Below are positions 20,877-30,927 of a stretch of DNA of 64,000 bases, piece after piece (the first letter of the stretch is position 1; each line of letters starts with the position of its first letter). The translations under genes were made by a program, and so were the position numbers. The stretch is from Longimicrobiales bacterium. GTDB lineage: Bacteria; Gemmatimonadota; Gemmatimonadetes; Longimicrobiales; Gaopeijiaceae. Where the stretch lies: NCBI GenBank assembly GCA_963664435.2, contig CAXXKM010000003.1, forward strand, positions 1,088,001-1,152,000. Reading direction: 5' to 3'. The notes under the pieces were generated by a model. That model worked only from the letters and a program-made list of their open reading frames with translations. It ran no database searches and had not been told where the DNA came from.

Positions 20877-22033
20877 GCGGCCTCCCCGGAAACGGTCATC
20901 GATCGCGGCCCGCGCGGGAGCAGCTCGGTCAGCGCGGCGGCGATGTTGGCGGCCGCGTCCGGCCGCGCCCGCTCGCGGGCCGCCCGAGCCATCGACGCCA
21001 CGCGGTGGTCGTCGCCCGCGAGCTTCACCATGGCGGCCCAGAGGGCGCGCGCATCCGTTCCGGCCTCGGGGAGGTGCAGCGCCACGCCCGCGTCGGCGAG
21101 CGCGCTGGCGTTGCGGGTCTGGTGATCCTCGGCCGCGGTGGGAAGCGGAAGCAGGATCGCCGGCAGCCCGTGGACGAGGAACTCCGAGGTGGCCATCGCC
21201 CCCGCCCGGCTCACCGCCAGGTCCGCCGCGGCGAGTGCGCCCGGCATGTCGTGGATGTACGGCACCAGCCGCACCCAGTCCGGAGAGCCGGCCCGGGCCA
21301 ATTCCCGCGACATCCCGGAAAAGTGCGCAGGGCCGCTGGCCCAGAGCAGTTGAAAGCCCTCCGGGCGCTCCGGCGTACCGAGCAGGGCCTCCGCAATCCG
21401 GCGGTTGAGCACCGCGGAGCCCTGGCTGCCTCCCACAACGAGACCGACCCGCCCCTCCGGCGCCAGGCCGAAGCGACGGCGTGCCTCGCCGCGCCCGATG
21501 CCCGCGGGGGAGCGCACGGGATTCCCGCTCACCACCACCCGGTCGCGGGCCCGGCGCGCAATCACCTGCTTCGCTTCGGGCCAGGCGAGATGGATCTGGG
21601 CCGCGTGGCGGCTGAGCAGCCGCGTGGTGACGCCCGGCAGGCTGTTTTGCTCCTGGAGCGCCAGCGGAATGCCCATGCAGGCGGCCGCCAGCCCCGACGG
21701 CGCGCACGCGTATCCGCCGGTGACCACCACCAGTTCGGGGCGCAATCGCCGGAAGGTCTCGAAGACTTCGAGGACGCTGCCCAGAAGCGACTGCATCACC
21801 ATGGCGTTGTTCCACAGGTGCCGGCGGTCGAGCCCCTCGACCTCCACCAGCTTGTAGTCGAGGCCGCATTCCGGGAGCACGCCCGCCTCCACGCCGCGGC
21901 GCGAGCCGATGAAATAGGGACGGGTATCGGGTCTCAGCGCCGCGAGTTCACGGGCAAGCGCGAGCGCGGGGTAGAAATGCCCCCCGGTGCCGCCGCCGGA
22001 GAAGACGACTACGCTCGGCTCGCGCCTAACCAT
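20873..22033 (-). CDS. murG: Lipid II GlcNAc transferase MurG
   Basis: GGGTGGHFYP, GNPVR, GGSQG, SRAGA, HQTRNA. Confidence 0.96.
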   Translation of the reverse strand: MVRREPSVVVFSGGGTGGHFYPALALARELAALRPDTRPYFIGSRRGVEAGVLPECGLDYKLVEVEGLDRRHLWNNAMVMQSLLGSVLEVFETFRRLRPELVVVTGGYACAPSGLAAACMGIPLALQEQNSLPGVTTRLLSRHAAQIHLAWPEAKQVIARRARDRVVVSGNPVRSPAGIGRGEARRRFGLAPEGRVGLVVGGSQGSAVLNRRIAEALLGTPERPEGFQLLWASGPAHFSGMSRELARAGSPDWVRLVPYIHDMPGALAAADLAVSRAGAMATSEFLVHGLPAILLPLPTAAEDHQTRNASALADAGVALHLPEAGTDARALWAAMVKLAGDDHRVASMARAARERARPDAAANIAAALTELLPRGPRSMTVSGEAA

Positions 22034-23219
22034 GACTCGGTCTCGGATTCCGAGGGATGCCTCGGGCCACGGACAGCAGGATGCCGATCGCGGCCAGGGT
22101 GACCATCAGGTTGGAACGCCCGTCCGAAATCAGGGGAAGCGGGAGCCCCGTCGCCGGCAGCAGACTCAGGTTGACGCCCATGTGGAGGAACGCGTGCAGG
22201 GCGATGAGGCTGGTGCAGCCGACCGCCAGCAGCTCCCCGAGCAGATCGGCCGCGCGACGGGCGATGCGGAAGCCGATCACGATCAGGGCTACGTAGGCGC
22301 AGACCAGGAGAGCGACGCCGATCAGACCCCATTCCTCCCCGATCAGGGCGAAGATGAAGTCGTTGTGCGCCTCGGGAAGGAAGCCGAACTTCTGCTGCCC
22401 CTCCCCGAACCCGACGCCCCCGATCCCCCCCGAGCCGATCGCGATCAGCGACTGATGCACCTGATAGCCGGCGCCGGAGGTGTGCGCTTCCGGGTTGAGA
22501 AAGGCCCCGAGACGCATCTCGCGGAAATCGGTCGCGAACTGGTGCAGCACGAGCGGCGCGGCGAGCACGCTGAGGAAGATGAAGTGCGCCGGACGCGCGC
22601 CCGCGGCGAAAACGATGATGCAGCCGAGCATCCCGATCAGAGCCGCCGTTGAGAAGTCCGGCTCGAGAAGAACGGGCACCAGCATGGCGGTCCAGACCAC
22701 GAGGAAGGGGCCGAGCCCGCGTGTGAGGCTTCGGAACAGCTCCTGTTTTTTCACCGCCAGGACCGCTGTCCACACCAGGACCGCCAGTTTGGCCGCCTCC
22801 GACGGCTGGAAGCCCACCGGACCCAGCTGAAGCCAGCGGCGCGCCCCGTTCCGCTCCGGGGCGAAGGACTCGGTGCCCGGGAGGATGATGAAGACCAGCA
22901 GCAGCCAGGCCGCCAGCATCATGGGCCACGCCAGCGACCGCCACGTGCTGTATGGAATCCGCGAGAAGATCAGCAGGAGGACCAGCCCCGCGCCGGCGCC
23001 CACGGCCTGACGGACGACGAAATGGTAGTCGGGCAGCCCCTGACGCTGTGCAAGGAAGGAGCTTGCGCTGTAGAGGGTCACCAGCCCGAACGAGAGCAGG
23101 AGGAGCGTCAGCATCATGACGGCGGCGCCTTCCCACCCGCCGCCGAAACGCGTAGCCGCGAGCGGCGTGGCGCCGTGCACTGCGGGCGGGGAATAGGCGG
23201 GGGCGGCCGTAGCGGACAT
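22026..23219 (-). CDS. ftsW: SEDS peptidoglycan glycosyltransferase FtsW
   Basis: GARRW, QPSEAAK, LPEAHNDFIF, GLPLPLIS. Confidence 0.95.
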   Translation of the reverse strand: MSATAAPAYSPPAVHGATPLAATRFGGGWEGAAVMMLTLLLLSFGLVTLYSASSFLAQRQGLPDYHFVVRQAVGAGAGLVLLLIFSRIPYSTWRSLAWPMMLAAWLLLVFIILPGTESFAPERNGARRWLQLGPVGFQPSEAAKLAVLVWTAVLAVKKQELFRSLTRGLGPFLVVWTAMLVPVLLEPDFSTAALIGMLGCIIVFAAGARPAHFIFLSVLAAPLVLHQFATDFREMRLGAFLNPEAHTSGAGYQVHQSLIAIGSGGIGGVGFGEGQQKFGFLPEAHNDFIFALIGEEWGLIGVALLVCAYVALIVIGFRIARRAADLLGELLAVGCTSLIALHAFLHMGVNLSLLPATGLPLPLISDGRSNLMVTLAAIGILLSVARGIPRNPRPSHG

Positions 23220-23221
23220 CC

Positions 23222-24616
23222 TCAGACCTCCCCTCGCGCGAGCGCGGCGAAGCGGTGCCCTCGCGCCTCGTAGTCGGAGAACAGGTCGAAGCTCGCGCAG
23301 GCTGGAGAGAGCAGGACGACGTCGCCGGGCCGGGCCCGCCGGGCGGCCGCATCGACCGCCGCATCGAAGTCGGCGTCGATGCGAACCAGGGACGCGGTTC
23401 CCCCCAGCGCCTCCGCGAGGCGTAAGTGGGCGTCGCCGTACACGATCGCGCAGCGGACCCGCCCTCGGATGGCCTCCGCGAGCGGTGCGAGGTCCTCTCC
23501 CTTGTCCTGGCCGCCGGCCAGCAGCACGATCGGCCGGTCGAAACTCCGGACCGCGGCGGCGGCGGCGGCCACGTTGGTCGCCTTCGAGTCGTTCACCCAG
23601 AGGATGCCGTCGCGCTCGACCACCCGCTCCAGCCGGTGTGGCAGCGGACGGAAGTCCCGCGCCGCCCGGGCGATCGCTTCCGGCCCGGCGCCCGCCAGGC
23701 GGGCCGCTAGCCCGGCCGCCATGGTGTTGGCGAGTCCGGCGCGGCCGGCCAGGGGCACATCCGCGACCGGCATTACCCGCTCCTCGCCGCCGCCGGTCGC
23801 GAACATCAGCCAGCCGCCGCGCGCGTACGCCGCCGGCGCGCCATCCGGGCCCCCGGACCGCTGCCGGGCGGACTCTTCGGCGTCGAAGAGGTAGCGCGCG
23901 CCCGGCACCTCGTCGTCCAGAGGCAAGGCGGCCGGCACCTCGCTCTCGAGCACCCAGCGGCTGTCCCGGCGGGCGTTGGCGAAGAGACGCGCCTTGTCGG
24001 CGTAGTAGGCGGCACGGCTCGGATAGCGGTCGAGGTGGTCGGGCGCCAGGTTGGTGACCACGCCGATGTCCGGGCGAAAACGCGAGATGGCGCCCAGCTG
24101 GTACGAGCTCATCTCGACCACCAGCCATTCGGGAGCCGGGGCGCGCAGCGCCAGCCCCGAGGCGGGCGGACCCAGACCGCCGCCGATGTTGCCCCCCAGG
24201 CCGACCGACATCCCCGCCGCCTCAAGCATGCGGGCCGCCAGCGCCGAAGCGGTGGTCTTGCCGTTCGTGCCGGTCACGGCGATCAGCGAGCTGCGGAAGA
24301 AGCGAAACGCGAACTCGGGCTCGGAGATCCAGCGCTTCCCCGCCCTCGCCAGGCGGGAAAGCACCCGCGACCCCGGCGGGATGCCCGGGCTGGCCACGAC
24401 CAGCTCGGACGCCGCGATGCGGTCCGTATCGTGGCCGCCGAGCCGGACGCGCGCACCCATGGCCTCCAGTTCCCTTGCGTGCGCGCGCAGCGCGGGCGTG
24501 TCGGCATCGTCCGACACGTGCACTTCCCCGCCGTGCCCGAGCGCCAGCCGGGCGGCGGCCCGGCCGCTCGCTCCGAGGCCGACGATCGCGATGCGCTGCC
24601 CGCTCAGTGCCGCCAT
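23222..24616 (-). CDS. murD: UDP-MurNAc-L-Ala--D-Glu ligase
   Basis: GTNGKTT, GGNIG, NDSKATN, SPACASFD. Confidence 0.96.
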   Translation of the reverse strand: MAALSGQRIAIVGLGASGRAAARLALGHGGEVHVSDDADTPALRAHARELEAMGARVRLGGHDTDRIAASELVVASPGIPPGSRVLSRLARAGKRWISEPEFAFRFFRSSLIAVTGTNGKTTASALAARMLEAAGMSVGLGGNIGGGLGPPASGLALRAPAPEWLVVEMSSYQLGAISRFRPDIGVVTNLAPDHLDRYPSRAAYYADKARLFANARRDSRWVLESEVPAALPLDDEVPGARYLFDAEESARQRSGGPDGAPAAYARGGWLMFATGGGEERVMPVADVPLAGRAGLANTMAAGLAARLAGAGPEAIARAARDFRPLPHRLERVVERDGILWVNDSKATNVAAAAAAVRSFDRPIVLLAGGQDKGEDLAPLAEAIRGRVRCAIVYGDAHLRLAEALGGTASLVRIDADFDAAVDAAARRARPGDVVLLSPACASFDLFSDYEARGHRFAALARGEV

Positions 24617-24634
24617 GAGATTCCGCCGTGCCGG

Positions 24635-24670
24635 AATGCGTAAAATACGTAAAATACGTAATCTGCGTAG
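24635..24670. repeat. 4x 9-bp AT-rich tandem repeat (AATGCGTAA/AATACGTAA x2/degenerate) between mraY and murD
   Basis: Directly visible; reverse complement of the 1182-1208 unit. Confidence 0.85.
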
Positions 24671-24683
24671 AATCCATCGTGAT

Positions 24684-25790
24684 CTATCGGATCTTGAGGG
24701 TGCTCAGGGCGACCATCGCGCAGAGCACGCCGACGATCCAGAAGCGCGTGACGACCTTGCTTTCCGGCCATCCGAGCTTCTCGAAGTGGTGGTGGATGGG
24801 GGCCATGAGAAAGATCCTCCGCCCCTCGCCGTAACGCCGTGCCGTGAACTTGAAGTACCCCACCTGCGCGATGACCGAGAGCGCCTCCGCCACGAATACC
24901 CCGCCCACGATGACCAGCAGGAACTCGGACTTGAGGAGGATGGCCATGACGCCGATGGCGCCTCCCAGCGACAGGGAACCCGTGTCCCCCATGATCACCT
25001 GCGCGGGATGCGCGTTGAACCAGAGGAACCCGATCGCCGCCCCGGCCAGGGCGCCGGCGAACACCGTCAGCTCCCCCACCCCGGGCAGGTAGAGGACGCC
25101 CAGGTACGCGGAGGTGTCCACGCGCCCGATCAGGTAGGCGAAAATGCCGAAGGTGGCGGCGGCGATCCCGCACAGCCCCGCGGCCAGGCCGTCGAGCCCG
25201 TCCGTCAGGTTCACCGCGTTCGAGGTGCCGGACACCACCGTCGCCACGAACAGCACGTACACCGGCGGGAAGAAGACCGCCACCACCTCGGCGAAGAACG
25301 GGACGCCGGTCCAGGTCGCCGGAACGGGCCACACCGGATAGAGCAGCAGGAACAGCCCCAGGGCCAGCCCCAGAACCCATTGCCCGATCATCTTGTAGCG
25401 CCCCGCCAGCCCCGCGCTCGTCTTCTTGACGACCTTCAGATAGTCGTCGAGAAAGCCGATCGCCCCGGTCCAGAGAAAGGTCGCGAGGACGACGAGGATC
25501 GTCACGTTGGTGAGTTCGGCCCAGAGCAGCGTGGAGACGGTCGCGGCGGTGATGATCAGCGTCCCGCCCATGGTCGGCGTGCCGGCCTTCTTCCGATGAC
25601 TCTCCGGACCCGTCTCGCGCACGACCTGTCCGAAGCGCAAGCGGGTGAGCCAGCGGATCATCGCCGGTCCGAGGAGAAAGGTGAGCAACAGCGCGGTCAC
25701 CACCGCCCCGGCGGTGCGGAAGGTGATGTACGTGAACAGGTTGAAGCCGATATGCACATCGGTGAATCGGGGCAGGAGATGGTACAGCAT
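24684..25790 (-). CDS. mraY: Phospho-N-acetylmuramoyl-pentapeptide transferase
   Basis: GTPTMGG, DDYLK, NLTDGLDGL, MGDTGSL, APIHHHFE. Confidence 0.97.
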   Translation of the reverse strand: MLYHLLPRFTDVHIGFNLFTYITFRTAGAVVTALLLTFLLGPAMIRWLTRLRFGQVVRETGPESHRKKAGTPTMGGTLIITAATVSTLLWAELTNVTILVVLATFLWTGAIGFLDDYLKVVKKTSAGLAGRYKMIGQWVLGLALGLFLLLYPVWPVPATWTGVPFFAEVVAVFFPPVYVLFVATVVSGTSNAVNLTDGLDGLAAGLCGIAAATFGIFAYLIGRVDTSAYLGVLYLPGVGELTVFAGALAGAAIGFLWFNAHPAQVIMGDTGSLSLGGAIGVMAILLKSEFLLVIVGGVFVAEALSVIAQVGYFKFTARRYGEGRRIFLMAPIHHHFEKLGWPESKVVTRFWIVGVLCAMVALSTLKIR

Positions 25791-25793
25791 GGT

Positions 25794-27203
25794 TCACCTC
25801 GCCCCGTTGCGAACCGCTGGTCCGAAGTCGGCCTCGATGAGCGGGACCAGACGCTCCAGCGCAACGCCGCGGGATCCCTTGAGGAGGATCAGCTCGTTGC
25901 CCTGCAGGTACTCGCGAAGCAGCGCATACCCCCCGGCCGCGTCCGTGCTGGCGATGAGCGCCGTCTCCCTGCCCTGCCGCCCCGTCACGCGCAGACGCTC
26001 GGCGGCGGCCGCGAACTCGCCCAACGCCAGCACCACGTCCACCGCCCGGGACAGGGCTTCGCTCAGGAGCTCGTCGTGTAGCGCCGCGCTCCGGTCGCCC
26101 AGCTCGAGCATGCTCCCCAGTACCGCGACCCTGCGCCCGGCGGACGGAATCAGCCCAAGCAGGTCGAGGGCGGCGCGGACGCTTTGCGGGTTGGCGTTGT
26201 AGCAGTCGAGCAGGAGGGTGAGATCACCCGCATGCAGCTGTTCGCCCCGCATGCCCTGTGGCCTGTATCGCTCGAGCCCGCGCACGGCCGGCCCGTGGGG
26301 CGCCTGCAGCAGGTCGGAGATCGCAAGCGCGATGAGGGCGTCGTAGACCGCGTGCCGCCCCGGCACCTGGAGGTGAACGCGCTGATTGCGCCAGTCGAAG
26401 AAGTAGCGCCCCTCGGGGTCCGGATGCGGATTCTGGGGTCTCAGGTTGGCGTCGGCGGAGGCAGACCACCCGGCGACGCGCACGTTGGGATGAAGCTCGC
26501 GAGCCCGTTCGGGGAGGGCTGGCGGCTGGTCGCCCACCACCACCGCGCCGCGCCGGTTCAACCCGGCGACCAGCGCCAGCTTCTCGCGAAACACCCCCTC
26601 CAGCGAGCCGAGCTTCTCCAGGTGGGCGTCGGAGACGGTCGTCACCGACGCGATGTCGGGCTCCGCGATGGCGGTGAGGGTCTCGATCTCGCCCGGCTCG
26701 TTGGTGCCCATCTCCAGCACGAGCACCTCCGCCGCACCCGGGGCGTCCAGAATCGTCAGGGGAAGCCCGATGCGGTTGTTGAGGTTGCCGGGATTGGCGT
26801 GCACCCGATAGCTGCGCTGGAGGGCTCCCCGGAGGAATTCCTTGGTCGTGGTCTTGCCGGAGGATCCGGTGATGGCGACGACCTGGGCCGCGTGGCGGCG
26901 GCGGCGATAGCGGGCCAGTCGTCCGAGCGCGACCAGGGTGTCGGGCACACGGTACACCGGAACCGGGGCCTCGAGGGTGACCGCCCGCGAGACCACCAGC
27001 CCGGCCGCGCCCGACGAGACCGCATCGGCCACGAAGTCGTGTCCATCGAAGTTCTCTCCCGCGATGGCCACGAAGAGTTCGCCCCCGGCCAGGGCGCGCG
27101 TATCGGTGGAGACGCCCGCGAACGTGGTTCCGGCAGACGCCCGCACATCCCGCAGCGAGAGCGCCGCCTGCACGCGCTGGTGCGTCCAGCCGAACACGGT
27201 CAT
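25794..27203 (-). CDS. murF: UDP-MurNAc-tripeptide--D-Ala-D-Ala ligase
   Basis: TGSSGKTTTK, NNRIGLP, YNANPQS, KGSRG. Confidence 0.95.
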   Translation of the reverse strand: MTVFGWTHQRVQAALSLRDVRASAGTTFAGVSTDTRALAGGELFVAIAGENFDGHDFVADAVSSGAAGLVVSRAVTLEAPVPVYRVPDTLVALGRLARYRRRRHAAQVVAITGSSGKTTTKEFLRGALQRSYRVHANPGNLNNRIGLPLTILDAPGAAEVLVLEMGTNEPGEIETLTAIAEPDIASVTTVSDAHLEKLGSLEGVFREKLALVAGLNRRGAVVVGDQPPALPERARELHPNVRVAGWSASADANLRPQNPHPDPEGRYFFDWRNQRVHLQVPGRHAVYDALIALAISDLLQAPHGPAVRGLERYRPQGMRGEQLHAGDLTLLLDCYNANPQSVRAALDLLGLIPSAGRRVAVLGSMLELGDRSAALHDELLSEALSRAVDVVLALGEFAAAAERLRVTGRQGRETALIASTDAAGGYALLREYLQGNELILLKGSRGVALERLVPLIEADFGPAVRNGAR

Positions 27204-28707
27204 GCGCTCATCCCTCCACCGGCGAGGTGAGCGAGCACGATCCGGCGCTCGTCGAAGGGCAGTTCCTCGCTGCCGATGACCTGGCAGGTCTCGTGTCCCT
27301 TGCCCGCGAGGACCACCAGGTCCCCGGGCGCGGCCAGGTCGAGCGCCCGCTCGATGGCGGCGCGGCGGTCCGAATCCCGCTCGTACTCGGCCCCGGCCAT
27401 CCCCGCGACCACCTGGTCGATAATCGCTTCCGGGTCCTCGGTGCGAGGGTTGTCCGAGGTGACGATGGCCAGATCCGCCCTCTCCGCCACCGCCCTCCCC
27501 ATCAGGGGACGCTTGGCGGCATCGCGATCCCCTCCCGCCCCGAAGAGAACGATCAGCCGGCCGCCGGTGAGGTGCCGCAGGGTGTCGAGGAGGCAGACCA
27601 GCGCGTCGGGGGTGTGCGCGTAGTCGATGACCACCGGGCACGGGCGGCTGGCGACGAGTTCCATGCGTCCCGGGACCGCGGGCGCGCTGCCGAGCCCGTC
27701 GACGACCTCGTCCACGCGGCGGCCGGCGGCCAGGGCAATGCCCGCCGCCGCCAGGGCGTTCTCCACGTTGAAGCGACCCAGCAGCGGCATCGACACCGGC
27801 AGGGCGCTCCCCTCCCAGGTCAGTTCGAAACGTGTGCCCGCAGGCCCGAGTTCAAGGGAGGTGGCGGTCAGGGCGGCATCGGAGTCCACGCCGTAGGACA
27901 GCCGGTTTCGCGAGCCGCTCTCAAGTCGAATCCAGGCGGGTTCGTCCGCGTTCACGACCACGGTGCCCTCCGGCGCCACCAGCCCGACCGCGCGCGCCTT
28001 GGCGGCCCGGTAGCCATCCATGTCGGGGTGGTAGTCGAGATGGTCGCGAGACAGGTTCGTGTACGCGACGGCGTCGAGTTGAACTCCGTCGAGACGGCGC
28101 TGGTCGAGGGCGTGGGAAGATGCCTCCAGTCCGACATGGCGAACCCCCTCATCCGCGAGCGAACGGATCCACGCGGAGAGTTGCACCGGTCCCGGCGTTG
28201 TGAGACCCGCCGTGCTCGGGCGCACTTCCCGCCGGCGTCCACGAGGCCCAGCGTCCCGATCGCGGCCGAAGGTCCGCCGGCCCTCAGCAGATGACGCGCC
28301 AGCAACGTGGTCGTAGTCTTGCCGTTGGTACCCGTGACCGCGTAGACGAAGAGGTCCCGGCACGGATTGCCGAAGAACTCGTCGGCGGCGAGCGCGCCGG
28401 CCAGGCGGCCGTCAAGCACCACCACCTGGGGCACGGGCACGCCGGGCAGCGGCGTCTCCACCAGCGCGGCCACCGCCCCCCGCCTCACCGCCTGCCCGAC
28501 GAAGTCGTGGCCGTCGTGCTCCGCGCCCCGCCACGCGACGAAGAGGTCGCCCTCGCCGACCCGCCGTGAATCGTGGCTCACCCCGCGCACCCCGACTTCC
28601 CCCGGGACATCCGCCCCGGGAGCGAGCGCGCCGGCGGCCACCAGCCGCTCGACGACGCGAGCGAGCGGAAAGCTAGGGGCTTTGTCCACGTTCGATTCTC
28701 CCGACAT
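27200..28707 (-). CDS. murE: UDP-MurNAc-dipeptide ligase MurE, interrupted by a 1-nt frameshift at ~28228-28230
   Basis: N-half (SHDSR, TGTNGKTT) and C-half (LTTPGP, EASSHAL, DYAHTPDA, DNPR, AGKGHE) lie in different frames. Confidence 0.92.
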
Positions 28708-30646
28708 CGATCGACACGGTGTCGCCCTGCATGAGCAACGTGCCCGCGGTGGGCCATGTACCGAGCACGGGTCCGGGCGCGTCCCAGACCACGCGCAGCC
28801 CGGCGGTGTGCAGCCGGCGCACCGCGGAGCGGGCCGACAGGCCACTGACGTCCGGCACCACCACCTCGGTCCCCTCCCCGCCCGCCCAGCGCGCAGGCTC
28901 GGCGCCGGAGCCCGGGGTCTCCGCGGCCGCGAAGCGAATCACGGGGTTCTGGGGCGCGGGGCGGCGCGCGGCGTGGGCGAGCACCCGCCGGTCCACGGGC
29001 GGCTGCTGGGCGGCCAGGATGGCCTCCATGGTGGCGCGGATGACCGGAGCGGCCGTGGCTCCGCCGTAGTAGACGCCCTCGGGGCCGTTCAGCTTCACGT
29101 ACGCCAGCAATTGCGGATCCTCCGCCGGGAAGAAGCCGACGAAAGTGGCGAAATACTCGCCCCGGGCATAGCCGCCATCCGCGCGATACGCGCGGCTCGT
29201 GCCGCTCTTGCCCGCCACTGCGAAGGACGTCAGGCGCGCCCGCCTTCCGGTGCCCGATTCGGTAACCTCGACCAGCACCCGGCTGATGTCATGCGCCAAC
29301 CCGCCGTCGATCACCTGCCGAATCAGGCGCGGTTCGCGACGTTCGATCAGCGAGCCGTCCACGGCCCGGACTTCGCGGACCAGCTTCGGCGCCATCAGCC
29401 GGCCGCCGTTGGCCAGCGCGCCATATGCCATCGCGAGCTGCAGCGGGCTTACCGAGATTTCGTATCCGATGGCCAGGGAGGCGGGCGACTGCCCGGACCA
29501 ATCCTCCGGCTTGCGCAGGATGCCCGAGGTTTCGCCGGGGATCCCCAGCCCGGTGGGCATGCCGAAGCCGAAGTCGCGCAACATTTCGTACTGCTGGCGA
29601 TGGGACAGGCGCTCGGCCATCTTGGCGACCCCCACGTTGGACGATACCCGCAGCGCGTCCGCCAGGGTCAGGATGCTGGCCTTGGGATACACGTCGTGCA
29701 GGGTGCGCCCGGCGACGTGCCAGGTGCCGTTGCCGATGTCGACGAGGTCGTCCAGCGTTCCCACCCCATTGGAGAGAATCCCCGCGACCGTGAAGGGCTT
29801 GAGCGTCGACCCGGGTTCGTTGGCGGTGTTGATCGCCGCGAGACCGGCCGCGTCGCCCTCCCGGATCGAGACCACTGCAAGGATCTCGCCGGTAGCCGGA
29901 TCCGTGACCAGGATGTCCCCTCCCTTGGACCCGGTCATTTCGATGGCTTCCTGGAGCTCCTCGCGTGCGATTTCCTGCAGATCCACGTCGATGGTGAGCG
30001 AAACGTTTCCGCCGGGCACGGGCGGCTTCACCGGCACCGCCCGACCCGGGAGTTCGACGCCGCGCGCGTCCCGAAGCGTCATCTCCTCGCCGGGCCGGCC
30101 GGTAAGGACCTGGTCGTAGGACTCCTCAATGCCCCCCGCGCCCCTCTCCTCCAGGATGGTGCCCAGTAGCCCCGCCACCAGGTCTCCGTGCGGCCGAAAG
30201 CGCTCGTACCCGCGCCCCATGTATACGCCCCGGATGTCCTCCAGTCCGGCGCGCACGGTGGTCGGATAGCGACCCGGAATGACGACCCACGCGTCATCGG
30301 AACTCGTGCGCCGCCGCGCCTCGGAGGGCGACAGGCCCAGGACGGACTGGAGCGCGGCCGCCGCCTCGACCGCGAAGCCGTTCTCGTCGCGCCTGAGCTC
30401 GCGCGGCGCCAGACCCACTTCGACCACCTCCCGGCTCTGGGCCAGCAGCACGCCGTCCCGGTCGAGGATGGAACCGCGGATCGACGGAACCGGACGGGAC
30501 ATCCGGTGCTGCTCGGCGGACCGCTCGCGCCATACCGTGTTCTCCACCTGCAGCATGGCCGCCCGCCCGACGACGGCTCCCGCCGTTACCAGCCAGGCGA
30601 TGAGGATCAGCCGGCGCGGCCAGTGCAATCTTCGCGGAAGTCTCAT
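28673..30646 (-). CDS. ftsI: Class B penicillin-binding protein FtsI with C-terminal PASTA domain
   Basis: RGSILDR, EPGSTLK, SSN, KSGT motifs; VPDVSGLS PASTA-like tail. Confidence 0.93.
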   Translation of the reverse strand: MRLPRRLHWPRRLILIAWLVTAGAVVGRAAMLQVENTVWRERSAEQHRMSRPVPSIRGSILDRDGVLLAQSREVVEVGLAPRELRRDENGFAVEAAAALQSVLGLSPSEARRRTSSDDAWVVIPGRYPTTVRAGLEDIRGVYMGRGYERFRPHGDLVAGLLGTILEERGAGGIEESYDQVLTGRPGEEMTLRDARGVELPGRAVPVKPPVPGGNVSLTIDVDLQEIAREELQEAIEMTGSKGGDILVTDPATGEILAVVSIREGDAAGLAAINTANEPGSTLKPFTVAGILSNGVGTLDDLVDIGNGTWHVAGRTLHDVYPKASILTLADALRVSSNVGVAKMAERLSHRQQYEMLRDFGFGMPTGLGIPGETSGILRKPEDWSGQSPASLAIGYEISVSPLQLAMAYGALANGGRLMAPKLVREVRAVDGSLIERREPRLIRQVIDGGLAHDISRVLVEVTESGTGRRARLTSFAVAGKSGTSRAYRADGGYARGEYFATFVGFFPAEDPQLLAYVKLNGPEGVYYGGATAAPVIRATMEAILAAQQPPVDRRVLAHAARRPAPQNPVIRFAAAETPGSGAEPARWAGGEGTEVVVPDVSGLSARSAVRRLHTAGLRVVWDAPGPVLGTWPTAGTLLMQGDTVSIDVGRIERGQSP

Positions 30647-30927
30647 GGGTTCACTCCCGACAGGTAGACGATTTCATCGGCGGCCGGATTGTGCATGCCC
30701 AGGCGCTCGCGGGCCTCCGGGACCACGCGGCCCCGGCTTTCCAGGTACTGGATCTCCCCCAGCAGGTCCTTTCTGACCGCCGACACCACCTCGATCTCCT
30801 GACCCAGGTCGTGCAGCTCCTCCAGCACCTCCAGGGTTCGCATCTGGCGCCATGTGACCACGCTGAGGGAGACCAGCAGGGCCCCCAACGCGATCGCCAC
30901 CCGCTTCGAGTCGCTCATCCGTCTCAC
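30643..30927 (-). CDS. ftsL: Cell division protein FtsL
   Basis: TM plus coiled coil plus ARERLGM; between rsmH and ftsI; GTG start overlaps the rsmH stop. Confidence 0.82.
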   Translation of the reverse strand: MRRMSDSKRVAIALGALLVSLSVVTWRQMRTLEVLEELHDLGQEIEVVSAVRKDLLGEIQYLESRGRVVPEARERLGMHNPAADEIVYLSGVNP

